A stretch of DNA of 64,000 nucleotides from an uncultured Candidatus Binatia bacterium (GTDB lineage: Bacteria > Desulfobacterota > Binatia > Bin18), in contig OZ241744.1 in NCBI GenBank assembly GCA_965200965.1, forward strand, positions 960,001 to 1,024,000. The letters run 5' to 3'. Below are positions 10,091-19,581 of the stretch, one piece after another; positions within the stretch are counted from its first letter, which is position 1, and every line of letters starts with the position of its first letter. Under the pieces are notes generated by a model that worked only from the letters and a program-made list of their open reading frames with translations, did no database searches and was not told where the DNA came from. The position numbers were made by a program, and so were the translations under genes.

Positions 10091-10923
10091 GTCTGTTCCA
10101 AGGCTGAAAATGCCACCGCCCGGTCCACCTTGACCTGCCGCTGGACGAACGCTGAGCGAGCCTGCATCAGATCGTCGAGGGTATCAACCTCAGCCCACCA
10201 CAGGCCCGTAATGCTGCTGGTTTCCACCAGGCCGGATTTGGCCAGGGTGTCAATCACCGACAAATACCAGCGCTGCAGGGCGGCCTTGTGGCGAATCGTT
10301 CGATTCAGGGCGGCCCGAAAGGCATCCACCCCCGAGTCGCGAAAGACCATCAGGCCGATGGACTCGCCGTCGGTCTGCTCCGCGGCCAGGGTCTTGCCAA
10401 CTGTAAACAGCCGTCCCTCGCCGCTCAGGCTGACCTTCATATCGTCGTCGTCGTAGCTGGCTTTGCGGTCGATGGCCAAAGTCACCGGAGCGGACGGCGC
10501 GCACAGGACACGCGCTAAAACCTGCGATTCAAACAGTGTATCGCCGTTGAGCAGCACGAAATCTTCGGTCATTTCGGGCACGGCCAGCCAGCAGGTAGCC
10601 AGATTGTTCGAGGCCGCAAAAAATGGATTATACTTGGTCTGGATGTCCAACCCATCGGGCCGACGGGTGGCCAGCAGGGCCTCAATCTGCTCGGCTCCAA
10701 AGCCGACCATCACAATGACCTGCTCCACACCACACGCGGCCAGAGCCTCAAGCTGGAGTTCCAGGATTGTGTGCTCGTCATCTATCGGCAACAGGCATTT
10801 TGGCACACTCTCGGTCAGCGGCAACAGCCGCCGAGCCTGACCAGCACTGAGTATGATTGCCTTCCGCGGCAGCCGCGTATACCAGTCGGCCGCCCCCCCA
10901 TTCCTACCCACTCCATCACGCAT
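10087..10923 (-). CDS. Phosphocholine/phosphoglycerate cytidylyltransferase-family protein (LicC/CpgD-like)
   Basis: KAIILSAGQARRLLPLT...PKCLL, NPFFAASNN, LLNGDTLF, DDMKV, GESIGL, WAEVDTLDDL. Confidence 0.85.
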   Translation of the reverse strand: MRDGVGRNGGAADWYTRLPRKAIILSAGQARRLLPLTESVPKCLLPIDDEHTILELQLEALAACGVEQVIVMVGFGAEQIEALLATRRPDGLDIQTKYNPFFAASNNLATCWLAVPEMTEDFVLLNGDTLFESQVLARVLCAPSAPVTLAIDRKASYDDDDMKVSLSGEGRLFTVGKTLAAEQTDGESIGLMVFRDSGVDAFRAALNRTIRHKAALQRWYLSVIDTLAKSGLVETSSITGLWWAEVDTLDDLMQARSAFVQRQVKVDRAVAFSALEQT

Positions 10924-11155
10924 GTGTGTGTTTCAATCCTCACCCAACCCAAAGCCTGGATGCGACGGGGCTGTTTTCCAGGCTGTCCGTCCGGTATAGG
11001 TGAGAACAGTGGGCAAATCAAGCCGCATAACCTCGAGCGGGCGACCGTCGCTCTCTTCCAGAGATATGATTGAGCTCTGCCGGCGACGGGGAGCGGTCTT
11101 CGATGCGGTCCTGGCCTGGCTGGGGAGCGGTCAGCAAGGCTCTCTTGGGTGGACT

Positions 11156-13426
11156 GTGGGTCGGACGCTGCACTGGTATATTGTGCGGGAGTTGCTCCGC
11201 CCTATCCTGCTCGCCTTTGGCGGCTTGACCGTCCTGCTGTTGACCACCGAACTGTTCGGGTTCTCTGATTTAATCATCAACCGCGGCTTTGGACTTGGGG
11301 CGATTATTCGGCTGATCGGCTTCAAGCTGATGGCTCTGGCCCCGACAACCCTGCCTTTTGCCTGCCTCGTCGGTATGCTTGTCGGACTCGGCCGCCTCAA
11401 AACCGACCTGGAAACCCTGGCCCTGCACGCCTCGGGCGTGTCTCAACGCCAGTGTCTTGGTCCAGTGCTGACGTTTTGCGCGGCCGTGACAGCCCTTGGC
11501 CTGCTCCTCAGCCTCAGCGTCTCGCCCTGGGCCAAGCGCGGTCTGGACAGCCTGCAAACACGCCTCGCGCGGGACAACCCGGCCGGCCTGCTGCGGGCCG
11601 GGGAGACACACACCTTTGGGAACACGCGTATTCTGGCGCGTGAGGTCTCAGACGGCGGCGAGCGGCTGAGCGGCGTACTGCTGTGGACCCCACACGTCTC
11701 AGGCGCAAGCTTTCTGGACGGCCAGACGATTTTTGCCCAGCGCGGCGAGGTGCGCTCCAACGGCAACGGCGAGGCGCAGCTGACGCTGTACAAGGGCTTG
11801 AGCCTGTCTCCGATTCGCGGCAGCGGCAACAGTACCCGTTTTGACACCCTGTGGGCATCGCTCCAGTATAGCCGGCCGCCGGCCGCCGCGGCCGGCGATG
11901 AACGACGCGCGGAACACCTGGCCTTCCGGGATGTGGCGCTGCGCGGCTGGCCACGGGACAGCCAGCCCGGAGATGAGCAGTCTGTACGGCTGGCTCAGAC
12001 CGAGTTTCACCGTCGCCTGGCCACACCGGTCGCCAGTCTGGTGTTCGGCCTGCTGGCTCCCCCCCTCGTCCTGCTCGGTCGGACCTTTTCGCGGGCGACC
12101 GGCGGGCTGGCCGGGCTGTTGATTACCGCTGTGTACTACGGCGTGCTCCAGCTTGGCAACGGCCTGATCCAGACCGGGCTTTCTCCCGCCGTGGGTGTTT
12201 GGCTGCCCAATATGCTGGTCGCTGGGATCGCCCTTGTCCTGGTGTCGGTCCAGAGCGGCTGGCCGCGCTGGAGAAACCCCATCGGCCTTTCTCTGGGTCA
12301 ATCGCCCTCCACTGCGATCGGCAATCGGAAAGATCACATCTTAGCGCGCTATGTGGCCCGTTCATACAGCTCTATGCTGCTGGTATCGTTTGGCTTTCTG
12401 TTCACTGGGTATGTTCTGGTTGATGTGCTGGAACGACTCCAGTGGTTTGCCCGCCACCAAGCCGAGTTTGGCGAGATCGTCCGTTTCTACTGTGCCCGCT
12501 CTCCGCTCCTGGCCTCGCGCATGCTTCCCATGTCGCTGTTGTTAGCTACCGCCCTGACCGTGGGGGTGCTGTCGGTCAACAGGGAGCTGATCGGGATGCG
12601 GGCCTGCGGCGTATCGGGGCTCCATGCCCTGAGCCCGATCGTGCTCATTGCCGGTCTGATAGCCCCGGCCTATCTGGTCCTGAACGAAGCGATGGTCCCC
12701 CGCACCAACGCCTGGGCCGACTGGCTCAAAATTACCGAGATCAAGGCTGTGGCGGGCGGGACCCGCCTCCAGCCGCTGGCCCTCTGGCATCAGCACGGCA
12801 AGCTGTACCACACCCGCCAGCTCGATACGATCAACGGACAAGCCCGTGACATCTCGATTTATGAACTTGACGACACCGGCCTGCCGACCAGTCGCACCGA
12901 TGCCCGCTCAGCCCGCCACATTGGCGACGGCCTCTGGGTCTTGACCGATCCCATCCGCCTGGCTGTTCGTGACAGTTCGTTTGAAGTGCTGCCGGCCCCC
13001 CCTCACATCCACCTTGGAACCGAGCCCCACACCCAACTTGACACCATGCACCTCAATGTCCGGCAATTATCCCGGACGATTCGCGACACCGAAGCCGGCG
13101 GCTACGATGCCACGGCCTACCGGGTGGCTTGGCATATGAAGCTCGCCGCCCCGCTGGCGTGTGTGTTCCTGCCGGTGGCCGCCCTCTTCTTCGCCCTCAG
13201 CGGCCCGCCGTTTCCCGGCCCGACCCTGACCATCCTGGTCAGCTGCGGCCTTGGTATCGGTTCAATCCTGCTGAGCGACCTGTTTGCCTCACTCGGTTAC
13301 GGCGGCCATGTTCCGCCCAGTCTTGCCGGCTGGGGACCGTCTGCGGTCCTGTGTCTGCTGGCCGCCGCCCTGGCCGTCCGCAGCCACTCGTTTGAAACCC
13401 TTCCCGGGCCGACCGGTCCCAATTGA
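11156..13426 (+). CDS. Fused LptF-LptG type permease (two YjgP/YjgQ halves in one ORF; the ORF is open from 11000, start uncertain)
   Basis: Half 1: TLHWYIVRELL...ETLALHASGVS...EFHRRLATP...WLPN. Half 2: ILARYVARSY...ELIGMRACGVS...WHMKLAAPL...AGWGP. No stop between them. Confidence 0.85.
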   Translation: MGRTLHWYIVRELLRPILLAFGGLTVLLLTTELFGFSDLIINRGFGLGAIIRLIGFKLMALAPTTLPFACLVGMLVGLGRLKTDLETLALHASGVSQRQCLGPVLTFCAAVTALGLLLSLSVSPWAKRGLDSLQTRLARDNPAGLLRAGETHTFGNTRILAREVSDGGERLSGVLLWTPHVSGASFLDGQTIFAQRGEVRSNGNGEAQLTLYKGLSLSPIRGSGNSTRFDTLWASLQYSRPPAAAAGDERRAEHLAFRDVALRGWPRDSQPGDEQSVRLAQTEFHRRLATPVASLVFGLLAPPLVLLGRTFSRATGGLAGLLITAVYYGVLQLGNGLIQTGLSPAVGVWLPNMLVAGIALVLVSVQSGWPRWRNPIGLSLGQSPSTAIGNRKDHILARYVARSYSSMLLVSFGFLFTGYVLVDVLERLQWFARHQAEFGEIVRFYCARSPLLASRMLPMSLLLATALTVGVLSVNRELIGMRACGVSGLHALSPIVLIAGLIAPAYLVLNEAMVPRTNAWADWLKITEIKAVAGGTRLQPLALWHQHGKLYHTRQLDTINGQARDISIYELDDTGLPTSRTDARSARHIGDGLWVLTDPIRLAVRDSSFEVLPAPPHIHLGTEPHTQLDTMHLNVRQLSRTIRDTEAGGYDATAYRVAWHMKLAAPLACVFLPVAALFFALSGPPFPGPTLTILVSCGLGIGSILLSDLFASLGYGGHVPPSLAGWGPSAVLCLLAAALAVRSHSFETLPGPTGPN

Positions 13427-13475
13427 AAACACGCGCGCGGCATGGTGAAATCGGCCCCCAGGGAGGTATGCGGAC

Positions 13476-14117
13476 ATGCGTATGATTCTTGTTGGCCCGC
13501 CGGGGGCAGGCAAAGGGACCCAAGCGGCATTCCTGGTCGAAACATTTCAGAGTACCCATATTTCCAGCGGCGATATGCTGCGGGCCACGGTTGCCGAGGG
13601 GACGCAGCTCGGCAAACAGGCCGACGCGTATATGAAAGCCGGCCAACTCGTTCCAGATGAGCTGGTGATCGCCATGATTATCGAACGGATTGCCAAGCCG
13701 GACTGTGCCAAGGGGTTTATGCTTGACGGCTTTCCGCGCACCCGGCCCCAGGCCGAGGCGCTCGACATCAACCTCAAAGCCGCCGGCGTCCGTCTTGACC
13801 TTGTGTTGCTGATCGAGGTTCCTGATGAACTGATCGTAGAACGGATTACCGGCCGTCGCTCAGACCCTGAGACGGGTGAAATTTATCACCTGAGCTTCCG
13901 ACCGCCGCCGCCAGACATTGCCGACCGGGTCATTCAGCGCAAAGACGACACGGCCCAAGCGTGTGCCGCCCGACTTGAAAAATACCACGCAGAGACCGCC
14001 CCGATCATCCCCTTCTATGAGGAACAGAGCCTTGTCAGGCGTGTTGACGGGAATGCCGCGCCCGAAGAGGTCACACGGCGTATCACGGCAGCACTGGGCA
14101 CCGGCCCCTATCAATAG
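13476..14117 (+). CDS. adk: Adenylate kinase
   Basis: GPPGAGKGTQA, HISSGDMLR, GQLVPD, GFMLDGFPRT..QA, QRKDDT. Confidence 0.97.
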   Translation: MRMILVGPPGAGKGTQAAFLVETFQSTHISSGDMLRATVAEGTQLGKQADAYMKAGQLVPDELVIAMIIERIAKPDCAKGFMLDGFPRTRPQAEALDINLKAAGVRLDLVLLIEVPDELIVERITGRRSDPETGEIYHLSFRPPPPDIADRVIQRKDDTAQACAARLEKYHAETAPIIPFYEEQSLVRRVDGNAAPEEVTRRITAALGTGPYQ

Positions 14118-14156
14118 CCGGCCTACCGCGCCTTCCCAAGGAGGTCAGCCAGAAAA

Positions 14157-15104
14157 ATGGGCGAAAAACAAAACCGCGGGTCGCCGGCCGCGGAGTTTGC
14201 CCCCCCGGCCGTCCCGGAGCCGGCGGACGACCCGGGCCAGGACCTGGTCCTGTCCGACCCCCTCCAGCGCTATTTTGCGGCCATTGGACACTATCCGCTG
14301 CTGAGTCCCGAAGAAGAACATGACTTGGCCGTTGAGTACAAAGAGTACGGCGAACTGCGGGCCGCCTACCGGCTGGTGACCGGCAATCTGCGGCTGGTGG
14401 TCAAGCTGGCCCGGGAGTACCAGCACGCCAACGAACAACTGCTGGAGCTGATTCAAGAGGGCAATCTTGGCCTTATGGAAGCGGTCCAGAAGTTTGACCC
14501 CTACCGCGGGGTGCGCTTCCCGTCCTATGCGGTGTGGTGGATCCGGGCCTATATGTTACGCTTCCTGCTCCAGAACTTTCGCCTGGTCAGGATCGCCACT
14601 ACCCGCGCCCAGCGCAAACTCTTCTACAACCTGCGGCGTGAAAAGGAACGGCTGGAAGCCCAGGGCTTTGTTCCCAGCCCCAGGCTGATCGCCCAGCGCC
14701 TCGATGTTGCAGAAGCCGATGTCGTTGAGATGGAGCAACGCCTGGCCGCCCCGGACACCTCGCTCAGCCTGCCGCTTCACAACGCAGAGCCGGGTGCCTC
14801 GCTCGAAGACATGCTGGCCGACCCCACAGCCTCACCCGAGCGTCAGGTGGAAACCGCCTATGACCAGCGGCTGATGCGCCAGCACATCGCCGCCTTTGCC
14901 GGGCAGTTGTCGGGCCGCGACCGGGTTATTTTTGAGCAACGGCTGACCGCGGTGCAGCCACGCTCCCTTCAGGACATTGCCGACCAGTACGGGCTGAGCC
15001 GTGAGCGCGTACGGCAGCTTGAGGGACAGATCAAAAAGAAGCTCAAAGCCTACCTGCTCGAGGTGTTTGACGACGCTGAGGCCATCAGTTTTGACGACGG
15101 CTGA
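14157..15104 (+). CDS. rpoH: RNA polymerase sigma-32 factor
   Basis: LIQEGNLGLMEAVQKFDP, RFPSYAVWWIRAY, RpoH box TTRAQRKLFYNLR, region-4 SRERVRQLE. Confidence 0.9.
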   Translation: MGEKQNRGSPAAEFAPPAVPEPADDPGQDLVLSDPLQRYFAAIGHYPLLSPEEEHDLAVEYKEYGELRAAYRLVTGNLRLVVKLAREYQHANEQLLELIQEGNLGLMEAVQKFDPYRGVRFPSYAVWWIRAYMLRFLLQNFRLVRIATTRAQRKLFYNLRREKERLEAQGFVPSPRLIAQRLDVAEADVVEMEQRLAAPDTSLSLPLHNAEPGASLEDMLADPTASPERQVETAYDQRLMRQHIAAFAGQLSGRDRVIFEQRLTAVQPRSLQDIADQYGLSRERVRQLEGQIKKKLKAYLLEVFDDAEAISFDDG

Positions 15105-16001
15105 GGCGGCCGCGATGAGACCAGCAGCGGCTCCAGCGCGGCCAGCAACTCATCCACGCTGTGGTTAAGGCCGTCAAACACCTGCACCACCAGACCATTC
15201 CGGTCAATCACACAGGTCAGTAGGCGATGATCGACAATGCCGCCCGAGCCACCCCGATACTCGGCACCATAGGCGGTGGCCACCAGCAGGATATCTCGGG
15301 GCGAGCCGGTCAGAAACTTCCAGCCTGACAGGTCGGCGCGATAGCGCTCGGCGCAGGCTTTGAGCACCGGCGGGGTATCCCTGCGGGGGTCAATGCTCAC
15401 CGACACCAGCATGACCTGGGTGCCGGGATGCTCCCCGAGCCGGCGCTGCACATGGCTGAACCTGGTTGATAACATCGGGCACGGGCCGGGGCAGTGGGTA
15501 AAGATGAAGTCGAGCAGGACGACTTTGCCACGCACACTCGACAGACCAAACGGCTGGGCGTCCTGGTCGGTCAGCAGGAAATCCGGGGCAGGAAACGGGG
15601 TGAAGGCGACCGACTCCGGCCCTGCCTGCTCCTCGTCCGGGCGGTCTGGGGCAGCCCCCTGAGGCCGGTGTCAGGCGCTTGGCGGGTCCGCCTCGGCCAG
15701 ACGCTCAACGGCAAGCAGGGACAGGCTGTTGGAGCGGTGTTCCGGGCTGAAGCGGATCGGGTCTTCAGGGTTGAGGCCGCTCAGGACAGCGGGGTCTCTG
15801 AGCTCGAACTCCATTGTCATGGCCGGCATGAAGCCGGGGATTTCCTCATGCGCGATCGTGACCCGATTCTGCTCTGGCCTCAGGTGTTTGACCACGCCGC
15901 GCACAGACCTGCGGCTCGACCGGCTGGCAGGCCAGCAACGCCAGCCCGAGGCTGAGGGTGACGGCCAGTGCGCGGCAGGCTTGACCAACACCGATGGACA
16001 T
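15050..16001 (-). pseudogene. Disrupted lipoprotein with CusF-like copper-binding domain and SCO1/SenC domain
   Basis: ATG at 16001 gives a signal peptide with lipobox LLAC. A frameshift near 15910 leads to HEEIPGFMPAMTMEF (CusF-like). An in-frame TGA at 15671-15673 is followed by 45 open codons (APDFLLTDQD) into the SCO domain FIFTHCPGPCP...DPRRDT...DH. Confidence 0.75.
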
Positions 16002-16013
16002 CCAGGGGGGGCC

Positions 16014-17645
16014 TCAAAACTGAAAGATGGCGGTAAAGATGGTCTCGGTCCGGTTATTATACCCGCCGCCAAACCGGCCGCCAATAAACCACGGCTCTTC
16101 GGTGGACTTGCCCCAGTAGATGTCGTGGGTCAGACGAAAGACCAGATGGTTGGAATACAGGTACTCGACCTGCACCCGGTTATAGAAGGTCGTCCACAGG
16201 GGATTATAGGCCACCACGACCAGCGGCTGGATCAGGCCCCCGGGGCCGTAAATGGTTGAGGCCGACAGGGTGGCGACCACCCGGTCTTCAAAGATGCGGT
16301 CGGTGTTGACGCTGATATACCGGCCGGGGATGACGGTACCCGAGCCGGGATCGATCGCCCGATGGGCCGACGGCACGCCCCGGAAAAAACGGTTGTAGTC
16401 GGTGTAGTGCTGCCAGAAAAACTGGCCGCTGATGAAAAAGGTCCGCAGGCTGTTCAGCGGTCGAATCCAGGTTGGCCGGTCAAAGGCCAGCATCAGCAGG
16501 GTTTCCTCGGTGGTTTTATAGCCGTTGTTATCCGTGTCCAGCCGCCGCGGCACGCCGCGCGGGTCGCGCGTGTCGAGCGTCATCGGGATGCCGGTGGTGT
16601 AGGTGGCTTCGAGCCGGTAGACGGTCTGGGTATAGACTTCTTCGGAATAGTTGGCCGACACGCCAATGACGTGGCTGCGCGGGTTGACCAGGTCAACCGG
16701 GACGGTCAGGATGCCGTCGGTGACAGGACCGGTGCGGTCGTTGCGGACCTTGACCCCGGTTGAGTCGGACAGGGTCCAGAAGTAGTGCAGGCCAAAGTCA
16801 ACCAGCCCGTAGACGGCCTTGAAGCGCACCCCGAGTTCGCTGTTTTTCAGCTGCCAGTCGGGTTTTTTGTTCCGCGCCTCGGTGACGAGATCGACCACAG
16901 TGCCGTCATCCAGCAGAGCCGTATTGACCGGTCCCCGCCGGCGCGAGCCGTAAAAACACCACGGTCGATAGGGGTTGCCGCAGCCGCGGTTGGGTTTGAA
17001 ATCGCCGGGGATCCAGATGCCCTCAATAAACGACTCCTCAAACGGCCCGAACTTGCCAATGTCGTAGATGGCACGGGTCATAAACAGCGGGAAGCGGATA
17101 TCTTCCCAAGGCTCGCGGCTCCAGTGCCAGGAGGTATCCAGGGGGTTAATGACATCGAGGGCCCGGAAGGTGTCGGTTTCGCCCCAGATGACCTGCTGGC
17201 GGCCGATGCGCAGGGTGATGGGCGGAATGGCCAGGTCCAGGTAGGCTTCCCGAACCCAGTTCTCGTACTTCAGGTGAGAGCGGCGGCCTTTGCTGAAGTG
17301 TTTACGCCGTGAGTCAGAGAGGTCATAGGTCGAATCGTAGGCAAAGCGGTAGATGAGCTTGAAGGTCGCCTCTTCAATCAGTCCAGTTGACAGACCGCCC
17401 AGAGAGGTCTGGCTGTTTCGGATGAAGTTCCAGGTATTTTCCAGCTGCACGGTGTTGCGCTGGATGACGAGGGTGGCGTCCTGGTACTGGGGGGTACGCA
17501 GCACAAACTGGCTCTGCATAAAGCCTTCGAGCTCTAAGTCGTCGCGCAGATTGATAATCGCCGGCACCTCAACCGCGGATGCCAAGACCAGACCAAGAAC
17601 GCTCAGGCAGCCAAGAATCTTTGAGAGTTGAGGGGATATATCCAT
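16014..17645 (-). CDS. DUF1302-like outer-membrane beta-barrel protein
   Basis: RBS plus signal peptide; REAYLDL...LRIGRQQVIWGETD.FRALDVINPLD motif; C-terminal Phe (IFQF). Confidence 0.8.
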   Translation of the reverse strand: MDISPQLSKILGCLSVLGLVLASAVEVPAIINLRDDLELEGFMQSQFVLRTPQYQDATLVIQRNTVQLENTWNFIRNSQTSLGGLSTGLIEEATFKLIYRFAYDSTYDLSDSRRKHFSKGRRSHLKYENWVREAYLDLAIPPITLRIGRQQVIWGETDTFRALDVINPLDTSWHWSREPWEDIRFPLFMTRAIYDIGKFGPFEESFIEGIWIPGDFKPNRGCGNPYRPWCFYGSRRRGPVNTALLDDGTVVDLVTEARNKKPDWQLKNSELGVRFKAVYGLVDFGLHYFWTLSDSTGVKVRNDRTGPVTDGILTVPVDLVNPRSHVIGVSANYSEEVYTQTVYRLEATYTTGIPMTLDTRDPRGVPRRLDTDNNGYKTTEETLLMLAFDRPTWIRPLNSLRTFFISGQFFWQHYTDYNRFFRGVPSAHRAIDPGSGTVIPGRYISVNTDRIFEDRVVATLSASTIYGPGGLIQPLVVVAYNPLWTTFYNRVQVEYLYSNHLVFRLTHDIYWGKSTEEPWFIGGRFGGGYNNRTETIFTAIFQF

Positions 17646-17825
17646 CCAGAAACTCCTTTCAGGAGGCCGGGTCGGGCTGTGGCCGGTGCCACGAGCGTCG
17701 GCAGGCTCAGCCAAAGAGTATGCTGGCCGGAGAGCCGGAGAGCAAGGGGGTGCCCCGCTTGGCCTGGCCGGCTGGTAAAGTGTGGGAAAGAAGAGGATGA
17801 TTGAGCCGGGATACAGGAGGGCAGC

Positions 17826-19280
17826 ATGTCACACCCATCACCATCGGCCACCATTCGCGCCCGGCTCAAGCACCCTGTTATTGACTCGGACGGACATATG
17901 ATTGAGTTCGAGCCCGGGTTCCTGGACTACTTGAAGCAGGTCGGAGGCCAGTCCATGCTTGATCGCTATCTTTCCCCAGAGCGAAACACCGGGAGTTGGG
18001 GCAGGCTGTTTGACTGGTACCGCCTGTCAGCCGAGGAGCGCCGGGCCGGGCACGCCACGCGCTCCCCGTGGTGGGCCTTGCCGACCAAAAACACCCTGGA
18101 CCGGGCCACGGTCAGCCTGCCCAGGTTGCTCCATGAGCGCCTGGACGATATCGGCATTGACTTCACCGTGCTGTATCCCTCGCTGGGCCTGGCTTTCCCC
18201 CATATTGAGCATGCCGAACTGCGCAAGGCGAGCTGCCGGGCGCTCAACATGTTTGTGGCCGATTACTTCCGCGGCTACGCCGACCGCATGACCCCGGCCG
18301 CCTGCATTCCCATGCATACGCCTCAGGAAGCGATAGATGAGCTGGGCTACTGTGTCAGCATCCTTGGCCTCAAGGCGGTGATGATGGCCGGTCATGTCCA
18401 GCGGCCCATCCCGGCCGCGGTCGCCAGGGACGCCGGGCTGGGCCGGCACGCCTTCTGGATCGACAATTTCTGTATTGACAGCGCCTGCGACTACGACCCG
18501 GTGTGGGCCAAGTGCGTGGAACTCAAGGTTCCCCCGACCTTTCACTCGCCCGGCATGGGCTGGGGCAGCCGAACCACCTCAAACTATATGTATAACCACA
18601 CCGGGCATTTTGCCGCGGCCGGCGACGCGGTGTGTAAAGCCCTGTTCATGGGGGGTGTCACCAGGCGCTTTCCAGGTCTCAAGTTCGGCTTCCTGGAGAG
18701 TGGCGTTGGCTGGGCCGCGGACCTGTACGCCGGCATGGTTGCCCGCTGGGAGAAGCGCAACCCCCACGCCCTGGAGAATTATAACCCGGCCAACTTGAAT
18801 ACCGAGCTGTTTGTGGACCTCCACAGGCGCTATGGCGATGCCATCGTCAGGGCCAAGCTCGACAGCCTGAACCCGCGCCGCGGCTCTTTGGCCGGGACGC
18901 GTGAGGACCCGGACACCTTGGACGACTGGGCCCGCTGTGAGATCACCACCGCAGAGGATATCAAAGCCCTGTTTGTGCCGCATTTCTACTTTGGCTGTGA
19001 GGCCGATGATCCCCTTAACGCCACCGCCTTCAGCACGAGAATGAACCCCTTTGGCGCACGCCTCGGTGCCGTCTTCAGTTCAGACATGGGTCACTGGGAC
19101 GTACCCGACATGACCGCCGTCCTGGCCGAAGCGTATGAGCTGGTGGAAAAACAGCTTCTGACGGAACGTGATTTTGAGGATTTTGTGTTTACCAATCCGG
19201 CCGAGCTGTGGACCGGGATGAACCCCGAGTTTTTTTGCGGCACGGTAGTTGAAGACGCGGTCAAAAAAGTGGCGACCTGA
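17826..19280 (+). CDS. Amidohydrolase-2 family metal-dependent hydrolase
   Basis: VIDSDGH, LYPSLG, DPVWAKCVEL...FH, FLESGVGW, FSSDMGHWD. Confidence 0.88.
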   Translation: MSHPSPSATIRARLKHPVIDSDGHMIEFEPGFLDYLKQVGGQSMLDRYLSPERNTGSWGRLFDWYRLSAEERRAGHATRSPWWALPTKNTLDRATVSLPRLLHERLDDIGIDFTVLYPSLGLAFPHIEHAELRKASCRALNMFVADYFRGYADRMTPAACIPMHTPQEAIDELGYCVSILGLKAVMMAGHVQRPIPAAVARDAGLGRHAFWIDNFCIDSACDYDPVWAKCVELKVPPTFHSPGMGWGSRTTSNYMYNHTGHFAAAGDAVCKALFMGGVTRRFPGLKFGFLESGVGWAADLYAGMVARWEKRNPHALENYNPANLNTELFVDLHRRYGDAIVRAKLDSLNPRRGSLAGTREDPDTLDDWARCEITTAEDIKALFVPHFYFGCEADDPLNATAFSTRMNPFGARLGAVFSSDMGHWDVPDMTAVLAEAYELVEKQLLTERDFEDFVFTNPAELWTGMNPEFFCGTVVEDAVKKVAT

Positions 19281-19331
19281 TTTTCGGTCCCGCTTTTTGG
19301 ATAAGGACTGAACGCTCATTCAGGTTTTTGT

Positions 19332-19529
19332 ATGGCAGCAAAGGAATGGCCAGTCTGCCGGGCATGCGGTCAGGGGGTGCTCCTCCCCCTCTCGGACTAT
19401 GGACCGCACGGGGGCGACATCCCGTTCAAAGTCTGGGTGTGTCATAACCCGCACTGTGGCTTTAGCCTGCGTATTGACAAAGGCCGGGTCAGCGCTGAGC
19501 ATGTGTCCCAGCCCGCACGCCCGGCCTAG
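19332..19529 (+). CDS. Small zinc-ribbon protein
   Basis: 65 aa with CRAC...CHNPHC Cys pairs; fills the gap between annotated genes. Confidence 0.6.
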   Translation: MAAKEWPVCRACGQGVLLPLSDYGPHGGDIPFKVWVCHNPHCGFSLRIDKGRVSAEHVSQPARPA

Positions 19530-19581
19530 CGCTCTGCATCCGCCTCACCAGTTGGCTGCGGTCTGACCCCAGACCGACCGC

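Noticed and set aside
15671-15673. In-frame TGA in CusF-SCO as a second selenocysteine
   Set aside because: It lies in a low-complexity linker rather than at a Cys position, the SCO CxxxC is already intact, no convincing SECIS hairpin follows, and the gene has a separate frameshift.
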